DNA of 64,000 nt from an uncultured Candidatus Saccharibacteria bacterium (GTDB lineage Bacteria > Patescibacteriota > CALEFQ01): contig OZ246404.1 in assembly GCA_965230955.1 (NCBI GenBank), positions 685,426-749,425 of the forward strand, in the 5' to 3' direction. The position numbers and the translations under genes were made by a program. The notes below the pieces were generated by a model that was given only the letters and a program-made list of their open reading frames with translations, was not told where the DNA came from and made no database searches. The stretch's first letter is position 1. Every line of letters begins with the position of its first letter. Below are positions 9,380-18,723 of this stretch, one piece after another.

Positions 9380-9948
9380 AAGATTATTATTTTTCCACTC
9401 GATCGCCCGGTCAGACCCAGAGCGTTTCCTTCGTCAGTATCCAAATGAAAAGACATCTGAAAACCCGGCTTAATTCTGACCACGCATTGATCCAACCGTC
9501 CTCCCCGCTCTCCCGCCACTTCCAGCGCTACTAGCTGGTCATTGTTCAAATCAAATTTGGCCGCATCCTCGGGGCCGATATGCAAATGACGCTTGGCGAT
9601 AATCATACCTTCCGACAGATCAACCGTACCGTTCGTGCCGATCAACTTGACCGGCGCCGAACCTTTCACGTTTCCCGATAAACGCAGAGGGACTCGGGCT
9701 TTTAGCGTGCGTGCATCGGTCAGGGAGATTTCAATCTGATCATGTTCGCGACTAGGCCCCAGCACTCGAACCTTTTCTATTTTCCGATCACCCGATTGAA
9801 TGGTCAAAGTAAAATCCGAAGCAAACTCATCCGCCTGGCTCAGCTTCTTATGCGACTGCATTTTCGCCGCCTGACCAAACAGTTTAACCAAAGTCGCTTC
9901 GGTCAAATGCGCGTGACGGGCGGAGATTTCTATGGGAATGGTGACCAT
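9376..9948 (-). CDS. pduL: PduL-type phosphate acyltransferase
   Basis: ISARHAHL, VRVLGP, QIEISLTD, AKRHLH, HLDTDEGNA. Confidence 0.92.
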   Translation of the reverse strand: MVTIPIEISARHAHLTEATLVKLFGQAAKMQSHKKLSQADEFASDFTLTIQSGDRKIEKVRVLGPSREHDQIEISLTDARTLKARVPLRLSGNVKGSAPVKLIGTNGTVDLSEGMIIAKRHLHIGPEDAAKFDLNNDQLVALEVAGERGGRLDQCVVRIKPGFQMSFHLDTDEGNALGLTGRSSGKIIIL

Positions 9949-9978
9949 ATTTGGATAAAAATTTATAATATTTGGATT

Positions 9979-10377
9979 TTAGCGATCCCACGGCTTGGCC
10001 TCCGGCTGAAAATCAACTTGGTATGCCGGAATTCCCAAAGAAATTCCGTATTTTTTAGCCTGATCGTATTGCTCCGAGCTGGTTCGATCTATCTTGAAAA
10101 CACGTCCACGAAAAACTATATAGTGCCATTGATCATTCTTGAAATCGGCGTACCAATTGTGCCTGGAATCCAATGACCGACTGACGGCTTGCGCTATTGA
10201 CGCGGCTTTTTCTGCCGGGACTTCCACCGTATGCATGGTCCATTGCTTGATCCAAGGAGTTTGGTGTTCCGCGGCCACCTTTTCAACTTCTGTCTTGATT
10301 ATTTTTATGCTGCCCAAGATATCCTTTTTTTCCAAGCTTTCTTCGATGATCACTCCGCGAAAAAAATCATTCAACAT
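9979..10377 (-). CDS. Hypothetical protein
   Basis: Operonic ORF packed between neighbours; GVIIEESL, WYADFKN, YGISLGIP segments; function unknown. Confidence 0.75.
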   Translation of the reverse strand: MLNDFFRGVIIEESLEKKDILGSIKIIKTEVEKVAAEHQTPWIKQWTMHTVEVPAEKAASIAQAVSRSLDSRHNWYADFKNDQWHYIVFRGRVFKIDRTSSEQYDQAKKYGISLGIPAYQVDFQPEAKPWDR

Positions 10378-10379
10378 AA

Positions 10380-11366
10380 TTATAATTCCGTTACCATGAT
10401 CTTGTCCAAATGATTCTCGATTTCCTCCAGTTTCATGGCCCCGTCATGAGCGCCCCAGCGGCGCGTGACCGCGCCGGCATTGATCGCCCCCATTTTCAAA
10501 GAGGTGGTAATGTCCTTCCGCATCATCAACCCGCCGACAAAAGTAGCGCCGAAAGTATCACCGGCCCCCGTCGCGTCCACCGACTCAAAGCGGTAGAGCG
10601 GAACCTGATACCAGCGGCGTCCGTCGTAAAGCGAAGTTCCCTCTTTGCCCTGCGTCAGCAAGATATACCGCGGTCCCAGATCGGATAACTTTTTTAGGAT
10701 GGTGCGTAAATCGTTCATTTCTTCTTTATCAGTGATGCGCAACAAACGAACCGCTTCATGATGATTCAGAATCAGCACCTCCACTCTTTTAAGCAAAACC
10801 GCCAGCGCTTCCGGCTCGTTCAGCTGGACCAGTCCCGGATTCCAAGCCAGAGCGACTGTTTTCGGCAACCGGGCTAAATAGTCGATGTCTTCCTGCCAAG
10901 TTGCGCCGGACAAGGCCGAGAGATAAATCCATTCGGACGGGGGTAATCCCCGCTCGGCCAGCCCCAAACTGTCGCTGGCCCCTTTGTAATTAAACGACAA
11001 ATGTTCTTGGCTCATGACATCATGAATCAGAAAAGACAATCCGGTTTGTTGGCCGGAAGCCACTTTTACCAAGGAAGTATCAAGACGGGAATTTACCAGA
11101 TAGCGCACGAGATTTTTACCGCTACTGTCATTTCCCACCTGAACCAGCGGGACGGCGGAACAGCCCAGTTGGGCCAAAACCATCGCCGTATTCACACCGG
11201 CGCCGCCGAATCTGACGCGTAAATTTTCCATCGGGATTTTGTCATCCAGTCCGAAACCCAAAAGCGCCGGAACGCTAACCACCCCCGGCTGTTTAACCAC
11301 TTGCCCGCCGGCAATTTCCCCGAAAAAATCCTGCAAGGCGCTGCCGATTGTAATGATGTCGAACAT
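10380..11366 (-). CDS. PfkB-family carbohydrate kinase
   Basis: GGAGVNTA, LILNHHEA, DATGAGDTF PfkB signatures. Confidence 0.92.
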   Translation of the reverse strand: MFDIITIGSALQDFFGEIAGGQVVKQPGVVSVPALLGFGLDDKIPMENLRVRFGGAGVNTAMVLAQLGCSAVPLVQVGNDSSGKNLVRYLVNSRLDTSLVKVASGQQTGLSFLIHDVMSQEHLSFNYKGASDSLGLAERGLPPSEWIYLSALSGATWQEDIDYLARLPKTVALAWNPGLVQLNEPEALAVLLKRVEVLILNHHEAVRLLRITDKEEMNDLRTILKKLSDLGPRYILLTQGKEGTSLYDGRRWYQVPLYRFESVDATGAGDTFGATFVGGLMMRKDITTSLKMGAINAGAVTRRWGAHDGAMKLEEIENHLDKIMVTEL

Positions 11367-11369
11367 ATA

Positions 11370-11440
11370 TGGTCTTTAGTCGTTAGTCTTTGGTCTTTAG
11401 ATTAATCGAGAAAAGCTAAAGACTAAAGACGAAAGACTAA
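11370..11440. repeat. Heptamer palindromic element, family A (TAGTCTT/TGGTCTT and inverted AAGACTA)
   Basis: tggtctttagtcgttagtctttggtctttag ... ctaaagactaaagacgaaagacta. Confidence 0.8.
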
Positions 11441-13038
11441 AAGATCAAACTCCGCCCGGTCATGTAGGACGGGCGCTCAATGCCCATCAGCTCTAAAATC
11501 GTCGGCGCGATATCAGTCAGCACGCCTGAAGGCGTCTCGGGTTTGAAGCCGAAATTGACTCCGGGAGGCGAATACTGCCGGCGCTCAAAACCATCGGCCA
11601 CAATGGCAAACGGAATCGGATTGGAGGAATGTTCTTTTTCGATCTCGCCGGTCGCCGGATCGCGCAACTGTTCGGCATTACCGTGATCGGCCGTCACGAT
11701 GACCGCACCGCCGAGAGGCAAAATCGTATCCAGTAAGCGCCCCAAGCAAGCATCGACCGTATTGATCGCCACTTTGGTTGCTTCAATGTTTCCCGTATGG
11801 GCCACCATATCCGGATTGGCGAAATTGACCAAAATAAAATCGTATTGATTTGAGGAAATTTTTTCAATCAGCTGATCCGTCAGGGTGGCCGCACTCATCT
11901 CCGGCGCCTGATCATAAGTATTAACATCGCGCCGCGAATGCACCAGTAAAAATTCTTCCCTGGGGAAAGGCTTATTGCTGCCGCCGTCAAAAAACGACGT
12001 AACATGGGCGAATTTCTCCGTCTCGGCGCCATGAATTTGCTTCAGGCCGTGCTCGCTGATAATTCGCGCGATGGGATACTCTATTTTTTGGGGATGGAAA
12101 GCAATATGTAGCGGCAAATCGACGCCGTAATCATTCATGGCCGCAAAATAAATATTTTTCAACCGCGGCTCATTTTCACCGGTCGAGGAAAATTTATTGA
12201 AGCCGGGCAAAAGAAAAGCTTTGCACATTTCGCGCGCCCGATCGGGGCGATAATTGAAGAAAATTATCGCGTCATTATCTTTGATCGGCTGATAAGGATG
12301 TTCGGGTGAATCAAGAATCACCGGCACGAAATTCTCATCAAAGACATTACGCTGGTAGGAATCGGTAATCGCCGCGGCCGCCGAAGGATATTTCGGTCCA
12401 TGTCCTTTGACCATGGCGTCATAAGCAAATTTTACGCGATCCCAGTGCTCATCGCGATCCATCGCATAAAAACGACCGCTGAGCGAATCAATTTGCCCGA
12501 TTTTCGCCGCTTGCAGTTTATTTTCCAGCTCGGTGATAAATTCCAAGCCGCTTTTCTCCGGAGTATCACGACCGTCCAGCCAGGCGTGGATATAAAGCTG
12601 GCTGACTTCTTTGTCCTTGGCAAAATCGATTAAGGAAAAAAGATGTTCGTTGTATGAGTGAACCTTGCCCGAGCTGACCAATCCCATGATATGCAAGGCG
12701 GAATTGTTTTTTCGGACGTGCTCCACTGCCTGGCGAAACGATTCGTTGCGGAAGAAAGAGCCGTCGCGGATAGCGCTGTTGATTTTGCTCACCTCCTGAT
12801 AGACGGTAAAACCCGCCCCCATATTCATATGGCCGACTTCGGAATTGCCCATCTCGCCCCACTCCAAACCGACAATCTCACCCGAGGCCTGTAAAGTCGT
12901 CGCGTAGTACTCTTTTTCAATCCTGTCCATTATCGGCTTATCCGCCAAAGTAATGCCGTTATAAGATGAAGCCGGAGCGATTCCCCAACCATCTAAAATA
13001 ATCAGCGCGACCGGACGATATTTTTTGTTTAAAGACAT
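11437..13038 (-). CDS. gpmI: 2,3-bisphosphoglycerate-independent phosphoglycerate mutase
   Basis: ILDGWG, MGNSEVGH, DGRD, NYRPDRARE, AETEK, TADHGNAE. Confidence 0.97.
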   Translation of the reverse strand: MSLNKKYRPVALIILDGWGIAPASSYNGITLADKPIMDRIEKEYYATTLQASGEIVGLEWGEMGNSEVGHMNMGAGFTVYQEVSKINSAIRDGSFFRNESFRQAVEHVRKNNSALHIMGLVSSGKVHSYNEHLFSLIDFAKDKEVSQLYIHAWLDGRDTPEKSGLEFITELENKLQAAKIGQIDSLSGRFYAMDRDEHWDRVKFAYDAMVKGHGPKYPSAAAAITDSYQRNVFDENFVPVILDSPEHPYQPIKDNDAIIFFNYRPDRAREMCKAFLLPGFNKFSSTGENEPRLKNIYFAAMNDYGVDLPLHIAFHPQKIEYPIARIISEHGLKQIHGAETEKFAHVTSFFDGGSNKPFPREEFLLVHSRRDVNTYDQAPEMSAATLTDQLIEKISSNQYDFILVNFANPDMVAHTGNIEATKVAINTVDACLGRLLDTILPLGGAVIVTADHGNAEQLRDPATGEIEKEHSSNPIPFAIVADGFERRQYSPPGVNFGFKPETPSGVLTDIAPTILELMGIERPSYMTGRSLIF

Positions 13039-13046
13039 AGGATGTA

Positions 13047-13110
13047 GAGTCTTTGGTCTTTAGTCTTTGGCTAACGACCAAAGAATAAAAACCGCTGACC
13101 AAAAAACAAA
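13047..13110. repeat. Heptamer element, family A
   Basis: gagtctttggtctttagtctttggctaacgaccaaaga. Confidence 0.7.
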
Positions 13111-13122
13111 ATCAAAATACTT

Positions 13123-14439
13123 TTACAATCCGCTATATTTCCCCATGCCATCGGCTCGCAATTCATCTTCAATTTCCATCAAACGATTGTATTTGGCGAC
13201 CCGTTCCCCGCGCGAGGGCGCGCCGCTTTTGATCCGGGTGGCATTGACCGCCACCGCCAAATCGGCGATGAAAGTATCGGTGGTCTCGCCGGAACGATGG
13301 GAAACGAAAGCCCGCATTTTGTTTTGGTACGCGAGAGCGATAGTTTCAAAAGTTTCCGAAAGGCTGCCGATCTGATTGACTTTAATCAACACCGTATTGC
13401 AAGCTTTGTTGTCGATCGCCATCTGCACCCGCACCTTATTGGTCACCAAAAAATCATCGCCGACAATCTGGATCTTCGATCCGCAGAGTTCGTTCAGTTT
13501 CTTCCAGCCATTTAAATCATCTTCCGCCAGGCCGTCTTCAACCAAGATCAATTGGTAAGCCTCGATCCATTGTTTCACAAAATCAACCATCTGCTCGGTC
13601 GTCAGAGACTGGTCTTTTTCCTTAAAAGCCATATGATACTGGCCCGACTTGAAAAATTCCGAAGCCGCCATGTCCGCTCCGACACCGACCTGAGAACCAT
13701 ATTTATAGCCCGCGTCGACGATCGCCTTTTTCAAAAGAACCAGCACTTGTTCATCCGGATCCCGGTTCGGCGCACTTTTGGCCTCGAGCGACGGAGCAAA
13801 ACCGCCCTCATTGCCGACATTGGTCGAAGCTTTCAGTTCTTTCAAAATTTTCTCCAAGTGATGGAAAACTTCCGAGCCCATCCGCACCGCCTCCCGAAAA
13901 CTCTCCGCCCCGACCGGGCCGATCATGAATTCCTGGCAGTCAAGATTATTATCGGCGTGCGCCCCGCCATTGATCACGTTGAACATCGGCACCGGCAACA
14001 AATAACCTTCCAGATCGTAATAGTTATCAAATAATTCACGCAGATAGACATAGAGCGGCATTTTGCGTGACTGCGCCGCCGCTTTGGCGCAGGCGAGCGA
14101 GACGGATAAAATCGCGTTGGCACCGAGATTTTTTTTCTGGGGATCGCCGTCCAGCTTGATCATTTCGTGATCCAGCATTTTTTGGTCGAAAACATCGCGT
14201 CCCTGCAAATGATTGGCAATCTTGACATTGACGTTTTCACACGCTTTCAAAACCCCTTTGCCCAAAAATCTTTTTTTATCGCCGTCGCGCAATTCCCAGG
14301 CTTCATGCACGCCGGTTGAGGCGCCCGATGGCACGCCAAATTCACCGCGTGAACCATCTTCGAGCGTCACGACCGTGTTAATCGTCGGTTCGCCGCGAGA
14401 ATCCAAAATCTCTCGCGCTTGGATTGATTTGATATTCAT
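13123..14439 (-). CDS. eno: Enolase
   Basis: REILDSRG, VPSGASTG, IKVNQIG, SHRSGET, RVAKYN. Confidence 0.98.
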   Translation of the reverse strand: MNIKSIQAREILDSRGEPTINTVVTLEDGSRGEFGVPSGASTGVHEAWELRDGDKKRFLGKGVLKACENVNVKIANHLQGRDVFDQKMLDHEMIKLDGDPQKKNLGANAILSVSLACAKAAAQSRKMPLYVYLRELFDNYYDLEGYLLPVPMFNVINGGAHADNNLDCQEFMIGPVGAESFREAVRMGSEVFHHLEKILKELKASTNVGNEGGFAPSLEAKSAPNRDPDEQVLVLLKKAIVDAGYKYGSQVGVGADMAASEFFKSGQYHMAFKEKDQSLTTEQMVDFVKQWIEAYQLILVEDGLAEDDLNGWKKLNELCGSKIQIVGDDFLVTNKVRVQMAIDNKACNTVLIKVNQIGSLSETFETIALAYQNKMRAFVSHRSGETTDTFIADLAVAVNATRIKSGAPSRGERVAKYNRLMEIEDELRADGMGKYSGL

Positions 14440-14445
14440 GAAAGT

Positions 14446-14505
14446 TGTCTTTAGTCGTTAGTCTTTAGTCTTGGGCTAACGACCAAAGACTAAAGACCAA
14501 AGACT
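14446..14505. repeat. Heptamer palindromic element, family A
   Basis: tgtctttagtcgttagtctttagtcttggg ctaacgaccaaagactaaagaccaaagact. Confidence 0.8.
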
Positions 14506-14509
14506 TTAA

Positions 14510-15697
14510 TTATCCCTTATCCAAAGCATCTATCGCCACCAAATGCCCGTCGGCCAGGAAATCCAGCATGGCTCCCCCGCCGGTAGACACAAAACTGAGC
14601 TTATCTTTTACTTTCATTTCATCCAGGAAATCGACAGTCTCACCGCCGCCGACAACGGTATGCGCCTTTGTCGCCGCCAGCGCTTCCACGATTCCCTTGG
14701 TCCCGGCCCGAAAATGCATATGTTCGAAATAACCCATCGGACCGTTCCACAAAACCAGCTGGGATTTAGCGATTATTTCTGAATACCGTTTGACAGTGCG
14801 TGGTCCAATATCATAAATAATGTCATCCGTCCCAATCTCTCTAACCGCGCAGGTTCTGGCATCACGCGGCTTCGCTTGCGGTTCGTCTTTTTCCAGTTCC
14901 CGGGAAACCGCCACATCGACCGGAATCAGTAATTTTGCATCGGTAATTTTCGGCACCAGCGTCACCGCCTCGCTCAAAGCCCGACCGCTCACTTTCGACG
15001 CGCCGACCGGCGCTCCGCTGGCCTTCAGTAACGTGTTCGCTATTTCGCCACCGATCAGAACATGATCGGCCTGCTGGACGAATATTTTCAGCAATTTCAG
15101 CTTGGTCTCCAATTTCGCGCCGCCCAGGATAAAAGTAAAAGGGTGCGGCGGATCCGTGCGCACCGCGCTCAATTCGCGGACTTCTTTGTCCAGCAACAAT
15201 CCGGCCGCTCCGGGCAGATATTTCAGAATTCCGGTCATGCTGGCATGCTCGCGATGACAATTGGCGAAAGCATCGTTGACATAAAATTCACCGTTTCGCG
15301 CCAGTTCTTTTGCGAAAGCGTCGTCATTTTTTTCTTCTTCCGGATGAAATCGAAGATTTTCCAGAAAATAAATATTGTTCTCTCGATTGCCGAGGGCCGA
15401 ACGCACGGGCTCTCCGATACAATCGTCAAGTTTGGTCACCGGCTGCCCGATTAATCGTTCCAACCGACGAGCGACTCCCGTGGTACGATACTTCTCCACC
15501 ACTTGCCCCTCCGGACGCCCGACATGTGTCATCAAAATCAAAGTACAGTTTTGCGAAAGCAAATATTTCAGGGTCGGGATTGTCGAGCGGATCCGATAAT
15601 CATCTTGGGGATTCCCTTGAGAATCCAGCGGTTCATTAAAATCCACGCGCACCAATATGCGCTTTCCTTTTAAATCGAAGTCCTTGATCGTTTTCAT
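14510..15697 (-). CDS. pgk: Phosphoglycerate kinase
   Basis: RVDFN, LENLRF, WNGPMG, STGGGA. Confidence 0.97.
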   Translation of the reverse strand: MKTIKDFDLKGKRILVRVDFNEPLDSQGNPQDDYRIRSTIPTLKYLLSQNCTLILMTHVGRPEGQVVEKYRTTGVARRLERLIGQPVTKLDDCIGEPVRSALGNRENNIYFLENLRFHPEEEKNDDAFAKELARNGEFYVNDAFANCHREHASMTGILKYLPGAAGLLLDKEVRELSAVRTDPPHPFTFILGGAKLETKLKLLKIFVQQADHVLIGGEIANTLLKASGAPVGASKVSGRALSEAVTLVPKITDAKLLIPVDVAVSRELEKDEPQAKPRDARTCAVREIGTDDIIYDIGPRTVKRYSEIIAKSQLVLWNGPMGYFEHMHFRAGTKGIVEALAATKAHTVVGGGETVDFLDEMKVKDKLSFVSTGGGAMLDFLADGHLVAIDALDKG

Positions 15698-15699
15698 TA

Positions 15700-15729
15700 T
15701 TGTTACTTGTTCCGTGTTACTTGTTACTT
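15700..15729. repeat. Heptamer half-element, family C
   Basis: tgttacttgttccgtgttacttgttactt, overlapping the gap stop codon. Confidence 0.6.
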
Positions 15730-16718
15730 ATCTTTTCCGCCATCTCCACCAATCGGACCGAATAAGCCCATTCGTTATCATACCAGGCCACGACTTTAGC
15801 CAGATTTCCGCCAACCACTTTGGTAAAAGGCAGGTCGACGATTGACGATTCGGTCGATCCGATGATATCGGAAGAAACAATATCATCATCCGAAACGGCG
15901 AGGATGCCTTTCATTTTTCCCTGAGACGCCGCCGTCAGCTTGGCGTTAATTTCCTCTACGGTCGTATCTTTTTTCAGAACCATGGTGATGTCGGCAATCG
16001 AACCGCAGATGACCGGAACACGAATCGCCGTCCCGTCAAAAATTCCTTTCAATTCCGGAATCGCTTTCGTCGTCGCAATCGCCGCGCCGGTACTCGAAGG
16101 AGCGCTATTGGCCGCGCCGGCCCGTCCCCGACGATGGTCTTTTTTGTCCGGCCCATCAACCAATAATTGAGTCGCCGTGTAAGCGTGGGTCGTCACCATC
16201 ATTGATTTGGCCACGCCGAATTCATCGCACATAACCTTCATGACCGGAGCAATGCAGTTCGTCGTACACGAAGCGTTGTCGATGATTTTTTCGCCCCGGT
16301 ACTCTTCGTCATTTACTCCTCGGATATAAGTCGGCACCGGGTCTTTTTCATTGGAAGGCGCGGACAACAAAACTTTTTTAGCTCCGGCTTTTAGATGCAA
16401 ATCCATGTCGGCCGCTTTGGTAAAAACACCGGTGCATTCCAGAACCACATCAACCCCGAGTCTACCCCAAGGCAGTAGAGCGGGATCTTTTTCGCGGAGC
16501 ACTTTAATTTTTTTGCCGTCGATGACCAGATTATCCCCGTCCACTTTGACCGACTTGTCATATCGGCCATAAACCGTGTCGAAACGCATCAGATAAGCCA
16601 GGGCCTCTATATCCCCCAGATCATTAATAGCCACAATCTCCAGATTTTTTTTGGCGAAAATTATTTTGCAGGCGGCCCGGCCGATCCGGCCGAAGCCATT
16701 GATCGCGATCTTTAGCAT
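15717..16718 (-). CDS. gap: Glyceraldehyde-3-phosphate dehydrogenase (type I)
   Basis: INGFGRIGR, NASCTTNC, WYDNE; start set at ATG 16718. Confidence 0.98.
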   Translation of the reverse strand: MLKIAINGFGRIGRAACKIIFAKKNLEIVAINDLGDIEALAYLMRFDTVYGRYDKSVKVDGDNLVIDGKKIKVLREKDPALLPWGRLGVDVVLECTGVFTKAADMDLHLKAGAKKVLLSAPSNEKDPVPTYIRGVNDEEYRGEKIIDNASCTTNCIAPVMKVMCDEFGVAKSMMVTTHAYTATQLLVDGPDKKDHRRGRAGAANSAPSSTGAAIATTKAIPELKGIFDGTAIRVPVICGSIADITMVLKKDTTVEEINAKLTAASQGKMKGILAVSDDDIVSSDIIGSTESSIVDLPFTKVVGGNLAKVVAWYDNEWAYSVRLVEMAEKISNK

Positions 16719-16736
16719 AAAATTACAATTAAGCGA

Positions 16737-16798
16737 TAAGTCAAAAGTCAAAGGTCAAAAGTAAAAAGTGCCAGACTTTTGACTTTTGATTTTTGACC
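16737..16798. repeat. Heptamer palindromic element, family B
   Basis: aagtcaaaagtcaaaggtcaaaagtaaaaagt ... acttttgacttttgatttttgacc. Confidence 0.75.
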
Positions 16799-16816
16799 TG
16801 CCTGCCGGCAGGCAGG
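16797..16816. repeat. Perfect 20-bp palindrome (REP-like)
   Basis: CCTGCCTGCCGGCAGGCAGG next to the fba stop codon. Confidence 0.7.
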
Positions 16817-16817
16817 C

Positions 16818-17687
16818 TTAGATAATATGCCCGTCCGCTTTTCCGGAAACTCCGAATTCATCCATCTTTTCTTCGACCACCGCCGCCACCGCCCGCCGGC
16901 ACGGAGCAATCAAGACGCGCGGGTCGAGCTCGGTCGGCTTCGCCTGAATGGTCTTTTTGAGCATCAAGGTAAAGGCTTGCCGTAATTCCGAATCGATATT
17001 GACATCATTAATACCGCCGGCGATGAGACGTTTGATATCTTCGGCCTTGATCCCCGATCCGCCATGCAGGACTAAAGGAATATCAATCGCATTACGTAAC
17101 TGTTTCAACAAATCATAGTGCAAAGAGGCCTCAAATAAACCATGGCAGTTTCCGATCGAAATGGCCAGAGTGTCCACTCCGGTCTCGGCCACAAACCGAA
17201 TCGCTTCATTTACGTCAGTCAATGCGCCTTTAATCACTCGGGTTTTTTCGGCCGTGGAATGAACCCCGGGAATGCGCCCGACTTCGCCCTGCACAATGAC
17301 ATTTCGACTGTGCGCATATTCGACAATTTGCTTGGTCAACATAATGTTTTCATCAATCGCCAGGCTCGAGCCGTCAATCTGAACCGAGGTAAAACCGGCG
17401 TTGATCGTTTCCACCACCGAGTGGAATTTTTTACCGTGATCAAGATGCAACGCCACCGGAACGGTCACCGCTTCGTTTTTGGCGATAGTGCTCACGATAT
17501 GTGTTATCGGTTTGAGGCCGGCATACTCGATTGTGCCTTCGGAAACCATAATAATCACCGGGGCGTTTTTATTACTGGCCGCGTCGACGATGCCCTGGGT
17601 AACTTCCAGATTGTAAGTATTAAAAGAACCGACCGCGTACGAGCGTTGAAAAGCGTCTTTAATCAGGTCTTTGGCGTGAGCGAGCAT
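16818..17687 (-). CDS. fba: Class II fructose-bisphosphate aldolase
   Basis: LHLDHG, GFTSVQIDGS, IGNCHG, LVLHGGSG. Confidence 0.93.
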   Translation of the reverse strand: MLAHAKDLIKDAFQRSYAVGSFNTYNLEVTQGIVDAASNKNAPVIIMVSEGTIEYAGLKPITHIVSTIAKNEAVTVPVALHLDHGKKFHSVVETINAGFTSVQIDGSSLAIDENIMLTKQIVEYAHSRNVIVQGEVGRIPGVHSTAEKTRVIKGALTDVNEAIRFVAETGVDTLAISIGNCHGLFEASLHYDLLKQLRNAIDIPLVLHGGSGIKAEDIKRLIAGGINDVNIDSELRQAFTLMLKKTIQAKPTELDPRVLIAPCRRAVAAVVEEKMDEFGVSGKADGHII

Positions 17688-17692
17688 AGAAT

Positions 17693-17722
17693 TAAGTCAA
17701 AAGTCAAAAATAAAAAGTCAAA
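17693..17722. repeat. Heptamer half-element, family B
   Basis: aagtcaaaagtcaaaaataaaaagtcaaa. Confidence 0.6.
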
Positions 17723-17728
17723 ATTGCA

Positions 17729-17962
17729 TTAGGATGCGCCCAGGTATTCAAAGCGGGGAATTTTTTTTCCGTCTTTTTCAACCGTTTCCATAAACATCTT
17801 TTTCGGCCGAGCCCAGAGCGCCCCGCGACCGTATTTGGGCTGATCGTAAAGAGCGCGATAAAAAACCAGTTCTTCCAGGGTTTCCGAATGATGCCCCACG
17901 CCGATAACTTCGTATTCATTTCCTTTGTAATGCCGATAGCGGCCGATCTTAACCTCGTCCAT
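17729..17962 (-). CDS. DUF1653-family protein
   Basis: GRYRHYKG..YEV...HSET.E.LV.YRALY...W.RP..MF pattern. Confidence 0.9.
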   Translation of the reverse strand: MDEVKIGRYRHYKGNEYEVIGVGHHSETLEELVFYRALYDQPKYGRGALWARPKKMFMETVEKDGKKIPRFEYLGAS

Positions 17963-18719
17963 AATAATTAGCCGTTTGTTTTATGATCGAAGCGAATTCT
18001 TTCGGTTCCAGGCTCGCCCCGCCGACTAAAAATCCTTGATTATCTGGCAACGAAAAGAATTGAATGATATTTTTGCTATCGACGCTGCCGCCGTAAAGCA
18101 GACGGCCGGGCAAACGGTGCCGAGCCAGGCACTGCTTGATAACGGCATAAGCCGACCGGACATCCTCCGCCGTCGCCGGCGACCGACTCCCCACCGTTCC
18201 CGTCCCGATCGCCCAGACCGGCTCATACGCGACCAAGAGCGACGATATCTGATTGGCGGAAAATCCATCAAGCGCAATTTTGATCTGCTCGCCCAAAACC
18301 CATTCGGTTTTATGTTCGGCCTTTTCCTTGGCTTGCTCACCGACGCATAAAACCGGCGTCAATTCATGCCGCCAAGCCGCCTCAAGTTTTTTATGAATCA
18401 TGGCGTCCGTCTCGCCCATTTTCCAGCGGCGTTCCGAATGACCGACCAAAACATACTGACAACCGGCTTCACGAAGCATTCCGCCGGAAATCTCGCCGGT
18501 GTAAGTCCCGTCATCGGCCCAGTGCAGATTTTGGGCGCCTAAAATAAGGCCGTCTTTGTTCCGGCCGACCTCATCCAAAGAAGTGTAAGGAGGACAAACC
18601 ACAATCTCGGTTTTTTCCTTCGGGACATGAGCCATTTCGGATTTCAAAGCCGCCAGCCAGGTTTGGCTTTCGGCAATGGTCTTGTTCATTTTCCAATTGG
18701 CGATGATAACCGGTTTCAT
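17949..18719 (-). CDS. tpiA: Triosephosphate isomerase
   Basis: ANWKMN, GHSERR, AYEPVWAIGTG, YGGSV, LVGGASL; start set at ATG 18719. Confidence 0.97.
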   Translation of the reverse strand: MKPVIIANWKMNKTIAESQTWLAALKSEMAHVPKEKTEIVVCPPYTSLDEVGRNKDGLILGAQNLHWADDGTYTGEISGGMLREAGCQYVLVGHSERRWKMGETDAMIHKKLEAAWRHELTPVLCVGEQAKEKAEHKTEWVLGEQIKIALDGFSANQISSLLVAYEPVWAIGTGTVGSRSPATAEDVRSAYAVIKQCLARHRLPGRLLYGGSVDSKNIIQFFSLPDNQGFLVGGASLEPKEFASIIKQTANYYGRG

Positions 18720-18723
18720 AAAA

